Of a stretch of DNA of 64,000 bases, positions 40,909-52,600 are shown one piece after another. This stretch comes from Bdellovibrionota bacterium (GTDB lineage Bacteria > Bdellovibrionota_C > UBA2361 > JAAYZI01), in NCBI GenBank assembly GCA_050950765.1, contig JBMNIF010000002.1:896001-960000 (forward strand), given 5' to 3'. Under the pieces are notes generated by a model. That model was not told the origin of the DNA. It searched no databases and worked only from the letters and a program-made list of their open reading frames with translations. Numbering within the stretch: the first letter of the stretch is position 1; each line of letters begins with the position of its first letter. The position numbers and the translations under genes were made by a program.

Positions 40909-43035
40909 ATGTATCTAGAATCGGTTAAAGAAGCTGCTAAACGCTTTAATGTATCGGAAAGAAGAGTCCAGAAGCTTTGTGAATTAGGAAGAATCGAAGG
41001 AGCGCAGATGATAAGCAATGTATGGCTTATCCCAGCATCATCGGAGAAACCGAATGATGAACGGCTCTCTATCGAACTTGAAGGTATGTTGTCGCTTTCT
41101 GATATTTGTTCAGAATTATCAATATCTGTAGCGACAGGACGTAATTGGGTAAAGCTTGGAAAGCTTATACCAACTGAGATAATTAAACGCACCCCATATT
41201 TCGCAAAAGGGTATGTCTCACAAGTAAAGAAGGAAATTGCTTCTGGAAAAAACAAGGCTCTTAAAAGTAGAAGAAATAAAAAATTCATATCCGGCACTAA
41301 TATTTACAATTCGTACATTTCGGATAATTCGAAAAACTTATCTACTATTCAGTCACTGCTTAATGTTATTCAGCAAAATGAGGTATCGATTGATGATGAC
41401 ATAATTGTTGCACTAATTGCAGATTGTGCAAATCAGCTCATATCCTCAAAAATCGGAAATGGGGAAGAGTGTGAAAAATTCAAATTTTTAGTTGATGATC
41501 TCATTTCTTTAAATCCGTTTGCTCTTACGGCTATTGAAAACTATCCAGAATTAGCCAATTTTACTTATGAGTATGAAAGTGGTGAAGATATTCTGGGTCT
41601 CTTGTATATCTCATTACAGAACATTGGTAATAGGAAAGCCACTGGCTCGTACTATACCCCCACAGCGATAGTGAAAAAACTTTGCAGAAATTTGTTTTCT
41701 GAAAACGATTCAACTGGTCGAAGCGTTCTAGATCCCTGCTGTGGAACGGGCAATTTTATCTTACAGTTGCCGGACTCTTTTGATAGTTTAAATGTATATG
41801 GTAATGACATCGATCCTATAAGTGTCAAAATTGCTCGCATTAATTATGCACTAAAATATCAATTATCAAACAAAGAAATTATATACTCACATATAACAGA
41901 GCGTGACTATCTTTCGTATTCAACTGATATAAAGTTTGATTTTATTATCGGGAATCCTCCTTGGGGGTATGTGTACACAGAAAGGGAAAAGGCAGCACTT
42001 CGCAATCAATTTAAGTGTGCTGTCGGCAATAATATCGAATCATATGATGTGTTTGTTGAGCAGGCACTTTCAAATTTGCATGAATGCGGGGTACTTTCTT
42101 TTGTGCTTCCAGAAGCGTTTTTAAATGTTAAAGCGCATATGCCCATGCGTCAGTTACTGATTAATAGCAATTCAATCCAGTATATTGAATTTTTAGGGAA
42201 TGCCTTTGATAAAGTCCAATGCCCATGTATTATTTTGCAAATCGAACATACCAACGCACCACTTTCTACAAAAGGGCTTAAGGTAAATGATGGGAATAGG
42301 ATTTTTACAATAAACAATGAGCGCAAAATTTCTGCAGATTACTTTTCCTTTACAGCAAATGATGAAGAATATTCAGTTATTAGTAAAATTGAGAATGTCA
42401 AAGACAAAGTTACTTTAAGAGATAATGCTGTGTTTGCATTGGGAATAGTAACTGGCAACAACGAAGAATACATCTCTTCTTTTAAAAACAACAACAATGA
42501 AATGATATTGAAAGGTTCTGACCTGCGTAAATATAGATTTAACGAAACTGAGAATTATATCGTCTTTCTTCCAGAGTCATTTCAGCAGATTGCACCAACA
42601 GAATACTATAGGGCTGAAGAGAAGTTGCTTTATCGCTTTATATGTAATCAGCTTGTGTTTGCGTACGATAATCATCAGACGTTATCTTTGAACAGCTGTA
42701 ATATTTTGATTCCGCAAATACCATCTCTTGATATAAAATACATTATGGCAATCCTGAATTCGAGGATGGCTCAGTTTTATTTCAAGAAACAGTTTAGTTC
42801 GGTCAAGATACTTCGTTCACATATTGAGCAGATACCAATACCGCAAGTAGATAAAAAAACTCAAAGTCAGATCATCGCTTTAGTAGATTTGCTGCTTTGT
42901 ACCTCTTTAGAAAATGATATTGTTGAATTGTATGAAATCATCGATTCAACAATTGCTAATCTGTTTAAACTTAGCAATGCTGAATATCAGCTTGTAAAGC
43001 AATCAATGGAAGGCGAGAATTTATTTTTAGTTTAA
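40909..43035 (+). CDS. Gamma-class N6-adenine DNA methyltransferase with two N-terminal HTH domains
   Basis: GSYYTP, VLDPCCGTGNF, IIGNPPW and a TaqI-like C-terminus; N-terminal SVKEAAKRFNVSERRV HTH. Confidence 0.9.
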   Translation: MYLESVKEAAKRFNVSERRVQKLCELGRIEGAQMISNVWLIPASSEKPNDERLSIELEGMLSLSDICSELSISVATGRNWVKLGKLIPTEIIKRTPYFAKGYVSQVKKEIASGKNKALKSRRNKKFISGTNIYNSYISDNSKNLSTIQSLLNVIQQNEVSIDDDIIVALIADCANQLISSKIGNGEECEKFKFLVDDLISLNPFALTAIENYPELANFTYEYESGEDILGLLYISLQNIGNRKATGSYYTPTAIVKKLCRNLFSENDSTGRSVLDPCCGTGNFILQLPDSFDSLNVYGNDIDPISVKIARINYALKYQLSNKEIIYSHITERDYLSYSTDIKFDFIIGNPPWGYVYTEREKAALRNQFKCAVGNNIESYDVFVEQALSNLHECGVLSFVLPEAFLNVKAHMPMRQLLINSNSIQYIEFLGNAFDKVQCPCIILQIEHTNAPLSTKGLKVNDGNRIFTINNERKISADYFSFTANDEEYSVISKIENVKDKVTLRDNAVFALGIVTGNNEEYISSFKNNNNEMILKGSDLRKYRFNETENYIVFLPESFQQIAPTEYYRAEEKLLYRFICNQLVFAYDNHQTLSLNSCNILIPQIPSLDIKYIMAILNSRMAQFYFKKQFSSVKILRSHIEQIPIPQVDKKTQSQIIALVDLLLCTSLENDIVELYEIIDSTIANLFKLSNAEYQLVKQSMEGENLFLV

Positions 43036-43737
43036 TCTTCAAATATATAAAATAATTCATTATGGGTAAGCCTCCACAAGAACCTTACCGCTGGCGAAAG
43101 TTGATAGTTTTTTATTTAGATAGAACAGGCACTACTTCTCTTCCTAAGATATTGATGCTCTGGAAAGTCTAGAATATTAACAGTACTATCGTTATCTACG
43201 CTGCGAATTTCTATACAATCAATGAAAAAACAACCTATAAAACAGTAAGATTTAGCAATAATTTCAAACCAGCGTGTGTTAAGGGCAAATATCCCCATTG
43301 CGAAAATTTTTAATAACTGTTTACTAGAAATTATTTTTTATTTCCTTTTTCACGAACCTTGTTTAAAATATCTTTTTCTAAAACGAGGAATTCTTTTAAT
43401 TCTTCTTCTGTCATGAATACTTGACCCTCGAAGACCTCACTCTCTTCAACACCAGTATTTTCGTTTCTATGCTATGAACCAAGCTTTCCTGTTTGCTGTA
43501 ACTCTTCACTTGTGAGAACCCAATAAATCAACGTGTCCTTACAAACACCAATCCAAACAAATATATCGCAACAAGAGGGCTTAAGCTGTTGATAATGATA
43601 TTTGAAGTTGGCTGCTAAAGCTTCATCGTGTGAGTATGCTCTACTTGATATGTGCTGGTTCAGCGTGAAATGGACATTTGAGGTGCTGAAAAAAGCTACT
43701 ATAATAGCCTGAGTGATATTAACTAATGGGGTGAATA

Positions 43738-44043
43738 ATGGGAAAACATTTTAGTGCAGAAGATAAGGTTAAGATATTGAAGGAGCATTTATTAGGAAAT
43801 AAGCCGTTATCGAGTTTATGCGATAAATACGGCGTACACATTAGTACATTTTATGAATGGCAGAAGCTATTATTTGAGGGAGCTATCCAAATTTTTGAGC
43901 GGAATAAAAATGGTAGGAAAGAAGAAAAGAAGCAAGCTGAACGGATAGATATTTTGGAGAAGAAGCTAACGAAGAAGGATTCTGCGCTAGCGGAGCTTTT
44001 GGGGCTTCATATAGATTTAAAAAAAAAGCTTGGGGAGCTTTAA
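43738..44043 (+). CDS. IS3 OrfA (HTH)
   Basis: FSAEDKVKIL...LCDKYGVHISTFYEWQK. Confidence 0.9.
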   Translation: MGKHFSAEDKVKILKEHLLGNKPLSSLCDKYGVHISTFYEWQKLLFEGAIQIFERNKNGRKEEKKQAERIDILEKKLTKKDSALAELLGLHIDLKKKLGEL

Positions 44044-44078
44044 CGAAGCGTTGGGTTGAGCCACAAATACGAGATGAG

Positions 44079-45041
44079 GTGATAGATTTTGTACATGAAT
44101 GGCAAGAGAAATCAGAAATGAAGCGGGAGATGTTTATAAAGAGGTTAGGGATAACACGGAGCAAGTACTATGCTTGGGAAAAACATTACGGTAAAGAGAA
44201 CTTTCATAACGGGCTAATTCCGAGAGATTACTGGCTATTACCCAGTGAAAGGGAGGCTATTATTAAGTATTATTTAGAGCACTCAAGAGTAGGTTATCGA
44301 GCATTAACATACATGATGCTTGACGCAGATGTTGTGGCAGTATCCCCTGCGACGACCTATAGAGTATTGAAAAGTGCTGGCTTAATGCGTTGCTGGAATG
44401 GTTTAAAAAGCAAGAAAGGGACAGGATTTGAACAACCACTTAACCCGCATGAACATTGGCATACGGATGTTTCATATATCAATATTTGTGGCACATTTTA
44501 CTATTTTATTGGAGTTTTGGATGGATGTAGTCGGTATTTAGTTGCATGGGACATTAGAGAATCGATGAAAGAAATAGATATTGAAGTAGTATTACAAAAG
44601 GCTAGAGAAAGTTTTCCAGACGCAAGACCGCGAATTATTTCAGATAACGGTTCAGCCTATATTTCAAAAGAGTTTAAGAATTTTATAAAGATATCTGGTA
44701 TGACTCACGTCAAGACATCACCGTTCTATCCACAATCGAACGGTAAGATGGAGAGATTTAATGGGACATTAAAAGTAGAAGCGATACGACCTAACACTCC
44801 AGTATCACTTGATGATGCGAAAACTATAGTGAGTAAGTTTGTCGAAGAATATAACAATCAGCGGTTACATTGTGCGCTAGGTTATATAACACCAAATGAT
44901 AGATTGAATAACAAGCAAGAGGAGATATTTAGAGCTCGAGACAGCAAATTGGAAGCTGCTAGAGCACATCGCAAGTTAGTAAGAGAGGGGTACCCCTCTC
45001 TTACTAACTACAACATTGAACAACAAGCTCAGGTGTGTTAA
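44079..45041 (+). CDS. IS3 OrfB (DDE integrase core)
   Basis: WHTDVSY, ISDNGSAY, PQSNGKMERFN and YNNQRLHCALGYITP. Confidence 0.92.
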   Translation: MIDFVHEWQEKSEMKREMFIKRLGITRSKYYAWEKHYGKENFHNGLIPRDYWLLPSEREAIIKYYLEHSRVGYRALTYMMLDADVVAVSPATTYRVLKSAGLMRCWNGLKSKKGTGFEQPLNPHEHWHTDVSYINICGTFYYFIGVLDGCSRYLVAWDIRESMKEIDIEVVLQKARESFPDARPRIISDNGSAYISKEFKNFIKISGMTHVKTSPFYPQSNGKMERFNGTLKVEAIRPNTPVSLDDAKTIVSKFVEEYNNQRLHCALGYITPNDRLNNKQEEIFRARDSKLEAARAHRKLVREGYPSLTNYNIEQQAQVC

Positions 45042-45644
45042 CTAGGGTTTTGTGGCATGACAAAAGTCCATTTCCATCAGAGGCAGAACAGATAAACTAC
45101 CTTTGGATGTCGTACTGCTGGCTCTGCATGCTTTTATCTCCACCCGAATACCATCAATCCATAAATCAAATTCTCCATCAAAATTCGGATAGAGAGTTGC
45201 AAGGTTTTTCTTTGTCGCCTTCACAAATTCTGGGTATAATTTTCTTATATGTTTCTCTCCCCAAGTTTGTCCGAATGTGCGAGGAGCCATATCAAATAAG
45301 TATAAATACTGGTTTGATTTTTTACTGCGTTCACAGTATTTCTTGCTTAATTCAGAGTAGTCATCGAAGTTTATTTCACCTAAGTATAACAAATATGCCA
45401 GTAACTTATTTTCGGTACTAAAAGGTGCTACAGACTCATCCTGTCTGATTGCTTCTATAGTTCTTTTATCACCATTAGATTTTTCAATTAATAAATTAAT
45501 TCTGTTTTTTAATTCTTTCACTATTTTATTCCTCCGCTTGAAAAGTAATTTGTATGCCCATATGCTGAGACCGCCAGCAATTTTTTAAATATTGTCGCAA
45601 TGTTCCTTACAAAATTGCTCAATATCGTTTATGTATTCAGAATG

Positions 45645-46240
45645 TCTTAGGGTGGCACCAAATTTTTGACCTCCGTCCAGATCTAGGTGATTCGCTTTTT
45701 AGTTGCAGCCCGTTCTGCTGTCCTTGGTGGGTGCTAAATTTTTAACCCCCGTCCAGATCTAGCTAGTTCTGTCTTCTGTTGCAGCCCGTTCTGCTGTCCT
45801 TGGTGGGTGGCACCACCGTCAGCCTCCAAAAAAGAAGGGTGGCACCACCGTTTCCCGTTAGCTGACTTCCGAGTTTTTTCTGATTTTTTGTTAAAAATTG
45901 GTTGTGCTAAAAGTTAAGATATTGAAATGTAAGAAGAATTGTTCAGAAAAGTGCTTTTAAAAAAGTACCTAGAAAAAGTACCTAAGGGTTTTTTAAAGGT
46001 GGTAGAGCAGAAGGGTGTTCTGCTGTCCTTGGTGGGTGGCACCAAATTTTTGACCTTCGTCGAGATCTAGGTGAACCGTCTTTTCTGTTGCAGCCCGTTC
46101 TGCCGTCCCTGAAGGGTAGCACCAGCGTCAGCCTCCAAAAAAGAAGGGTGGCACCACCGTTTCCCCCGTCCAGATCTAGGTGATCCGTTTTTTCTGTTGC
46201 AGCCCGTTCAATCGTCCTTGCTGGTACTAAATTTTTAGAC
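45645..46240 (+). repeat. GGGTGGCACC repeat array 3
   Basis: Five intact cores (about 45651, 45806, 45838, 46035, 46147) plus degenerate ones, with the unit CCAGATCTAG...TTGCAGCCCGTTCTGC repeated about 4 times. Confidence 0.9.
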
Positions 46241-46366
46241 AAAAAACACGTGTAAAATCTTAACGTTAAGAATTAGAGGCAGGAAAAAACGGAAGGTATT
46301 AAGAAGGGGGAAATACGAGGTCTCAACCTTTGCAACTTTTAGTCAATTGCAATTGTCGGTTGCAAC

Positions 46367-46443
46367 TGGTCGCGGGGATAGGATTTGAACCTATGACCTC
46401 GGGGTTATGAGCCCCACGAGCTACCAGACTGCTCCACCCCGCA
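46367..46443 (-). tRNA. tRNA-fMet (CAT)
   Basis: 77-nt cloverleaf, CAT anticodon, consecutive G-C pairs in the anticodon stem, non-Watson-Crick 1:72 pair, encoded CCA. Confidence 0.95.
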
Positions 46444-46682
46444 GGCGTCTTATACAGGAAGCGGACGGCTATTGTCAAACGATCTGAGAGAAAAATATGA
46501 AATATCACACCTTCTATAAGCGACCTTTAGTGTAAGTAGAGGATGTTTTGCGGAAAAGATCAGGACTTCTCGTAATCTATCGGAATAATTCCTATCTTGT
46601 TTAAAAAAAAGAATTTTTTTTGGATCGCTTAAACGTTTTTTGTCGATGAGGGGACGAGAGTGGCTCTTTTTTTTAGAGGTTT

Positions 46683-47990
46683 ATGTTAAGAGGGGCAATA
46701 AAGTACATATACAAAGATACTGGGCAAGGTATCTGTAAAGGAAGGCTGATAGCGCGCATCATTCTTTGTTGCACCGTTGTGTCTTGTACCATCTTACCGA
46801 GTATCGCTTTTTGCGAGTCGGCCCCTGAAGAAAAGAAAAAGGGACCATCAGGTTTTTTCGAAAGAAATCAGGCTCGAAATATCTTTAGAACAACACTTAC
46901 TGAGACTGAGAAAAAAGAGATCGTTTTAGAAAGAGAGGAAAGAAAATCGTTAGCGGAGAGACGTAAAGAGAGAGAGGGTGCTAAGGAATCCGTTAAGCCT
47001 AAAAAAAATGATTCTTTTGCTTTAGCGACTAAGCAATCTTCACCATTTGTAGAAAGGGCAGAGAACGAGAAAGATAAAAATATCGCCCCTGTTAATTTTA
47101 ATCCTAAAACTTCTAAAGATCCTCAACAAGCGCTAAGAGATAAGATTGTGGGGGAGTTCGGCGATCCTACAAAACGGATGGCTGTGAAAGCTCAAGATTC
47201 TGCGCCCAGACCTTTTAAAGGACTCCTAGCAGCGTTAGGTGAAGGGGATGATGAGTTGGCTTATGAGTACGCTAAACAGTACGCACAATATCAGAAAGAT
47301 TTAATATCGACTATTAACCGTGCCGTTAATATTGAAGATATCGCTAGAGGACGTGAAAATGGTGTAGCACCGGAAGATTTAGCGGAAAAATTCCCTGATC
47401 TGGCACACCTACTAGATTCAGATGCTAAAAAAATCAGAGAGAAAGAGCTCGCTAATAAGAATTACTCAAGAGAGCTTTCTGATAAAGCACGCGCGATGAT
47501 TAAGAAGATGGAGGAGCGTTCTTATGATGCTTTTAATAATCGTCGTGCTACGGATCCGATCGCTAGCCAGTTAAATGAACAGGAGGAGCGTGCTAAAGCC
47601 AGACAGATCCTAAGTAAAAGAGGTGTCCCGCAAGATAGGAACGGTAAGGTTAATATCTTCTTTTTCTTACGTTTTAACAATAAAGATGTGTTGGCGATGG
47701 CGGGAGATATCGAAAAGCTTTACAAGCAGACTTTGAAATATAAAGGTTCCGTTAATTTTATCGCCTTAACGATAGATAATTATAATGTGGATGATGCCGA
47801 GTATTTTAAGAAAAAAACTGGGACAACTTTCCCAATTACTTCAGGTTTTAATTTAGCTAGAACTTTAGGCATTACTGTGGTGCCGACAGTTTCATTTATT
47901 ACACAAACAACTAATAAACAGTATACGGAAGAGGGGATCAGAAACTTCTACTTTTACGATGAGTTATTAAACATAATGCGTGGGAGATAA
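46683..47990 (+). CDS. Exported protein with C-terminal thioredoxin-like (TraF-like) domain
   Basis: Signal-like helix; C-terminal NIFFF...FIALTID...LARTLGITVVPT without CxxC. Confidence 0.55.
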   Translation: MLRGAIKYIYKDTGQGICKGRLIARIILCCTVVSCTILPSIAFCESAPEEKKKGPSGFFERNQARNIFRTTLTETEKKEIVLEREERKSLAERRKEREGAKESVKPKKNDSFALATKQSSPFVERAENEKDKNIAPVNFNPKTSKDPQQALRDKIVGEFGDPTKRMAVKAQDSAPRPFKGLLAALGEGDDELAYEYAKQYAQYQKDLISTINRAVNIEDIARGRENGVAPEDLAEKFPDLAHLLDSDAKKIREKELANKNYSRELSDKARAMIKKMEERSYDAFNNRRATDPIASQLNEQEERAKARQILSKRGVPQDRNGKVNIFFFLRFNNKDVLAMAGDIEKLYKQTLKYKGSVNFIALTIDNYNVDDAEYFKKKTGTTFPITSGFNLARTLGITVVPTVSFITQTTNKQYTEEGIRNFYFYDELLNIMRGR

Positions 47991-49662
47991 AACGATGAAG
48001 AGTTTTTTGAAGATAATTAACATTCAGCTACTAAGTATAGCTGCATTAGTCGTTATATTTCCACCGTTTACCTTTTCGGTGCCGCTAGCGTGGGGACAGG
48101 ACGAGACGGGTAATATAGATAATGAGTTTTTTAAATGGTCGTTAGAATCTATGCCGAAGCCGTATGAAGGAGGAGAAAAGGCCCTTATGGATATGCCACT
48201 TAGGGGAGCGGAGTCCGATACCATCAGCTCTCCGATAATTAGATTATGGCAGGGGAGAAGAACGAATATCAAGGAAGAGGGACCAAAAGAGGACAATACC
48301 TCTGTAAAGCCAAAAGAGGTAACACACCACCATATATCACCGTTACCATTTTTAGGGCATAGGCAAGGTATGGCGGGAGATGCCTATTCTATTGAAGTTC
48401 AGAAAAATCTTGAAGGCCCCTTTATTAGGACGTTGGTAGCTTTAAATCAGACAGAGCCAGCTTTAGCTGCGGGGGTGTTTCAAGCAGAACAGATCGGTTC
48501 CAATAAAGAAAACGCTGCTTATCAAGCTTATGATATGTTTAATAATCAACTTTATGAATCTGAATTTGTAAAGAGGACTACGATGGCTGCCTTTAATTCG
48601 TGTATGTATAAAGAAACTAAAGGGGAAGGAGGGGGAGGCGGAAAATCTTGGGTTGTGGCGCTAGCTCGATGTATGGGAGAGCCGAATCATAATGAACCTA
48701 TCAAAGATAATGAAAAGGTTAATGCAGAACATATGCAAGGGGGAAATATTTTTATTGCTAAGAAACATACTTCTAGAGATGGAGAAAATTCACAAGATGT
48801 AGGATCCCTCAAATTAGAGCCAAACACAATAAGCGTTACATCAGTACTGTTTAATTATGATAATAAAGACCAAGGAAACACTAAGGATAATATAAATGAC
48901 GTTGCCGAAGCTTGGTTAAAGTGGTTCGGTGATTATAGGATAGTTTTTGAGGATGAAGAAGGAGGATCGAACGGAGTTGATCATGTGGGGCGTGTATTTA
49001 AAGAAGAGTATATAGAGCCGGAGGAAGATATATACAGCATAGCTACTGTTGCTATTAAAGACCGCTTTAAAGACTTTATGAAGGTACAAAACTATTATTG
49101 CAATGCAGTGGAGGGAGTGCCGGAGGGTACCGTTGGCTTAGATGATAGCAACGCTCCTTTTCATAAAAATAAACTTAATAAGGATAAAGAAGTAAAAAAG
49201 GCCATCTGGCGGTTATCAGTACCGGAAAAGCCTTTCCAAGAATTTATCACAACATCAATTCATTCCGTATATAGAACCAAAAAACTTGCTGATAAAGGAA
49301 GTTCAGAAAATATCTGTGAAACACTAAAAAACGCGAAATTAGAAGATGCTGATCCTAATACAGCTCAGGGGGAAATCCTTGTCTTCGCCTACAAATACGC
49401 CAATTTTGTAGCGATCTCTCAAATTATTCGTGCAGCACAAGAAGCTCATGAATACGTTAATAAGCGAACTGGCGGGGTTAATGATAGTGGGGAGGTGTTA
49501 GCAAATTACGCTCACACCTTAATTACAAAAGCTATCGGGATTAATGATTTAAGTGGTGCTTTAGTTTCAAACCTTGATTCATGGAATAAGTTAATTGAAC
49601 AGATGCGACTTAGGGCAAGTAAACACAGTGGCTATGCCATGAGAAGGGTTACGGGTTGGTAG
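47980..49662 (+). CDS. Hypothetical exported protein (position of TraH)
   Basis: Signal peptide, paired Cys residues, helical C-terminus; the TraH assignment rests on position only. Confidence 0.4.
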   Translation: MGDKTMKSFLKIINIQLLSIAALVVIFPPFTFSVPLAWGQDETGNIDNEFFKWSLESMPKPYEGGEKALMDMPLRGAESDTISSPIIRLWQGRRTNIKEEGPKEDNTSVKPKEVTHHHISPLPFLGHRQGMAGDAYSIEVQKNLEGPFIRTLVALNQTEPALAAGVFQAEQIGSNKENAAYQAYDMFNNQLYESEFVKRTTMAAFNSCMYKETKGEGGGGGKSWVVALARCMGEPNHNEPIKDNEKVNAEHMQGGNIFIAKKHTSRDGENSQDVGSLKLEPNTISVTSVLFNYDNKDQGNTKDNINDVAEAWLKWFGDYRIVFEDEEGGSNGVDHVGRVFKEEYIEPEEDIYSIATVAIKDRFKDFMKVQNYYCNAVEGVPEGTVGLDDSNAPFHKNKLNKDKEVKKAIWRLSVPEKPFQEFITTSIHSVYRTKKLADKGSSENICETLKNAKLEDADPNTAQGEILVFAYKYANFVAISQIIRAAQEAHEYVNKRTGGVNDSGEVLANYAHTLITKAIGINDLSGALVSNLDSWNKLIEQMRLRASKHSGYAMRRVTGW

Positions 49663-49692
49663 TTACTAATTTTAAGGCAAGAATGCACGGAG

Positions 49693-52600
49693 ATGAAAGT
49701 TTCTAAGGAAGAGGTTGTTATGAGTGGAATATATAGGTGCTTACTCGGCATAGCGCTCTTAGTTTTTGTTGTACTTCCTGCACAAGTTGTAGCAGATCCC
49801 CGTATCGGTGACAGATATACCCTCCCTGCTAAAGGGAGTGTGGAGTGCACCTCCACAGTGATGAATGAAATAGCGGCTGCGTTTAATACGCAAGGTTATT
49901 GGGTTCTTGATGATCTTGTTCATCAGATTGGAGAGTTTAATTTAGGTTTATGGGCACCTTTTCTGTACATCTTCGTTGTTTTCTTCGGGCTTATTCAGAT
50001 GGCGATGGGCATGCCACCAAGGACGTATATGTGGTGGATCTTCGGTCCGATTATCTATGATTGGCTTCTTTTTACGCCGGTAGAAGAAGCTAGAAAAGGG
50101 GTGTGTTGGAACGTTGGGACCTCTAAACAGACTCAAGCAGAAGTTTGGAGATTAGCAGAGGTCGGTTTTGTAAATCTTAATGATATTGAAAACCGTGCTA
50201 AGGGCTACTCTATTGAAAAAGGTCCAAACGAGGGAGCTAGGTATATCCCTATGGTTTTTGCTTGGTTTGATGACTTAATCAGTGATCAGATTGAGTTTCT
50301 TGTGGCTTGGTCTGGTATTACTCGGCAGATTAAAAACCCCAACGGGACAACGTATATGCATAACCAGCCTAGCAGTATAACCTCGAAAAGTGATGGTGAT
50401 GTAAATCCTTGGGCTATCTTAACTAATTCAAAATGGCCGATGCTTGAAGATATTACGGCTTCAACTCTACACAATGCAGATCTAAGGGAAGCTCTTTCGA
50501 GATTTATGGCGAGTGAGTGTGGAGACAAACTCTCTGAATTTATAGATAAAGGAGCTTATGCATCTTCCGGTGCTGCTAGAGGGGTAAAATTACCTGAATC
50601 TGTTTTTGTAGATTGTAATGGTGCAACGGAGACTATCGGTGGCAATGCTGGGTATAAAAAGATACTAAACGCCTTAAAAACACAGTGGGTTCCTTATCCG
50701 GAAGAGCTTAAGAGGATGCTCTACCCTGTGGGTAAAGATGAAAGTGGAAGTTTTGTGAACTTTTCTTCCGCTACTAAACAATTTTCAGAGGTGCTTACTA
50801 AGGATACCTCTCCGATGCAGATAAATTGCGCACAATTTCTTTATCTGATTATGCAGGGGTTTAGATGGGAGTCGGGACACGCTTATAACCAAGTTATTGC
50901 ACGAGCTTCCGAACATAAACTTACAGCGGAAGTTGTTACATATGATTTTTTATACGGCTGGAGAATTGGAAAAGAGAATAGTGTATCATTGACTATTAAG
51001 GAGCAGCAGCAGTTCGTTCAAAACCTGATCTTACTTTATATGATGAGAAATGAGTTTAGGATGGTTACTGCTCCTGCGGACAGGAAGTATACCTCTTCAG
51101 AGCGTGCGGAAAATTATGTTAATCTTAACGCCGCTACGGTAGGCTCCAAAAATAAATTCGGCGAACTCTATATGTGGGCAAAGTTGATGCCTTATATGCA
51201 GGGGGTGGCGCTATATTTCCTTTCTGCTATGTACCCCTTTGCCTGTATGTTGATGATTATCCCAGGTTGGCATAAGGTGATCTTGACTTGGATGGGGTTC
51301 TATGCTTGGGCGAAAAGTTGGGATGCAGGCTTCGCTGTCGTGATGTCTTTAGAGAGAAATATCTGGGCGATGGTCGGTAATACGCACGATGCTGCGGAGA
51401 TAAATGAGAGGGTTTATCAACAAAGGTTAGCTGGTACTATCAAATTACAAGAGGGCGTAACTGATGCTGGCGGAACTTGTGATATGCCTAATCTTGTGGG
51501 GTGTCTAATCCCCGATGTTATAGATCAAGGGGAGGTGGGTGCTAAAGGCGATACTCAGGCTTTTACAAGTGCTATCAGAACATTTGATTATGGAATGCTT
51601 CTTACTTCTAGATTAGATCTGGATTTAGCTAATGCGTATTACATCTATCTGATGTCCGCTCTCTATTTTGCAGTTCCTGCGGTAACGGGACAGATCCTTC
51701 TCGGTGCAAAGGCCGGTATAGCCGGTATGCTTACTCAAGGTGTTAGTGGTGTTGCACAACAGACCGGTAGCGGAGCAGGTATGGGCTATCAAGGTGAGTT
51801 AAGTACAGATACTGCTAATAATCAGGCTGTTGCTTCACAGGAAGGATTCGCTAAGAGCTTAAGGAATGGTGGCTTCGCTCAACGTGCTCTTGAAGCAGGT
51901 AGCGCTTCTGCTAAAACAGAGCAGACAAGCGCTGGCGCTAGTGCAATGGGTTCATTAGTTGGTGTAGAGCAGGGGATGAATGCTCAAAATTGGGATATGC
52001 ATGATGCAGCGCTAAAAAATGTTGTCGGCGCAGTAACTGGGGTAGTTGAGACGGGGCAAGATGTAAAAAATAAAGTGGGGAATAAAAAAGCTCCTACTCC
52101 CCCCTCTTCCGGTTCTAGTGTTGTTGGTGGTGGTGCTGGTGGAGGTGCCGGAGGTGGTGTTGGTGGAGGTGTCGGAGGTGTCGGAGGTGGTGCTGCTAGT
52201 ACTGGTTTGCAAAACACTGCTGATCAAATATTACAACATTTAAAAGCCAGTGCAGGTGGACAGTCTTGGCCGCAAATATTTAATACGGGGCTAAGGGCAG
52301 CTGCTGCTGGTGCTGGTGCAGGGATAGCGTATGGTAAGGGGCAGTCTTCTTTTGCTTTCTCTAAAGATCAGGCTGACTATACTGCAAGTGGTGCTATCGC
52401 TGGTGCGGAGTCAAGATTGGTTGGTTTTCAATCTGGAAGGTATGGTGAAGTGGCACAACAAGCTGCTGCTGAAAAACAGTGGGTTGCGAGTAGAAGACTC
52501 GGTAGGCAGATGGCGGGAACTATGTCTGCTATGGGTATCTTCCCCAATTCATTTACGGCAGGACCTAAGCCAACCAGTGTAAATGGTATGTTAGGGCTTG

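Larger units (their letters stand above)
43651..45090 (+). mobile_element. IS3-family insertion sequence
   Basis: TIRs TGTGCTGGTTCAGCGTGAAATGGAC and GTCCATTTCCATCAGAGGCAGAACA; 4-bp TSD GATA; A9G slippery site at 44019-44028. Confidence 0.93.
43331..45521 (-). pseudogene. Putative restriction endonuclease disrupted by IS3 and a nonsense codon
   Basis: GEFDLWIDGIRVEIKACR (PD-ExK). Removing the IS restores SKGSLSSRAYSHDE...QQLKPSCCDIFVWIG. Internal TAG at 43472-43474; natural stop at 43331. Confidence 0.8.

Noticed and set aside
40780..46443. Integrase-mediated island at tRNA-fMet
   Set aside because: No integrase and no duplicated tRNA 3' end were found at the far border.
45035..46508. ORFs 45035-45421, 45982-46242 and 46323-46508
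   Set aside because: They are antisense to the REase remnant, inside array 3, or overlapping the tRNA, respectively.
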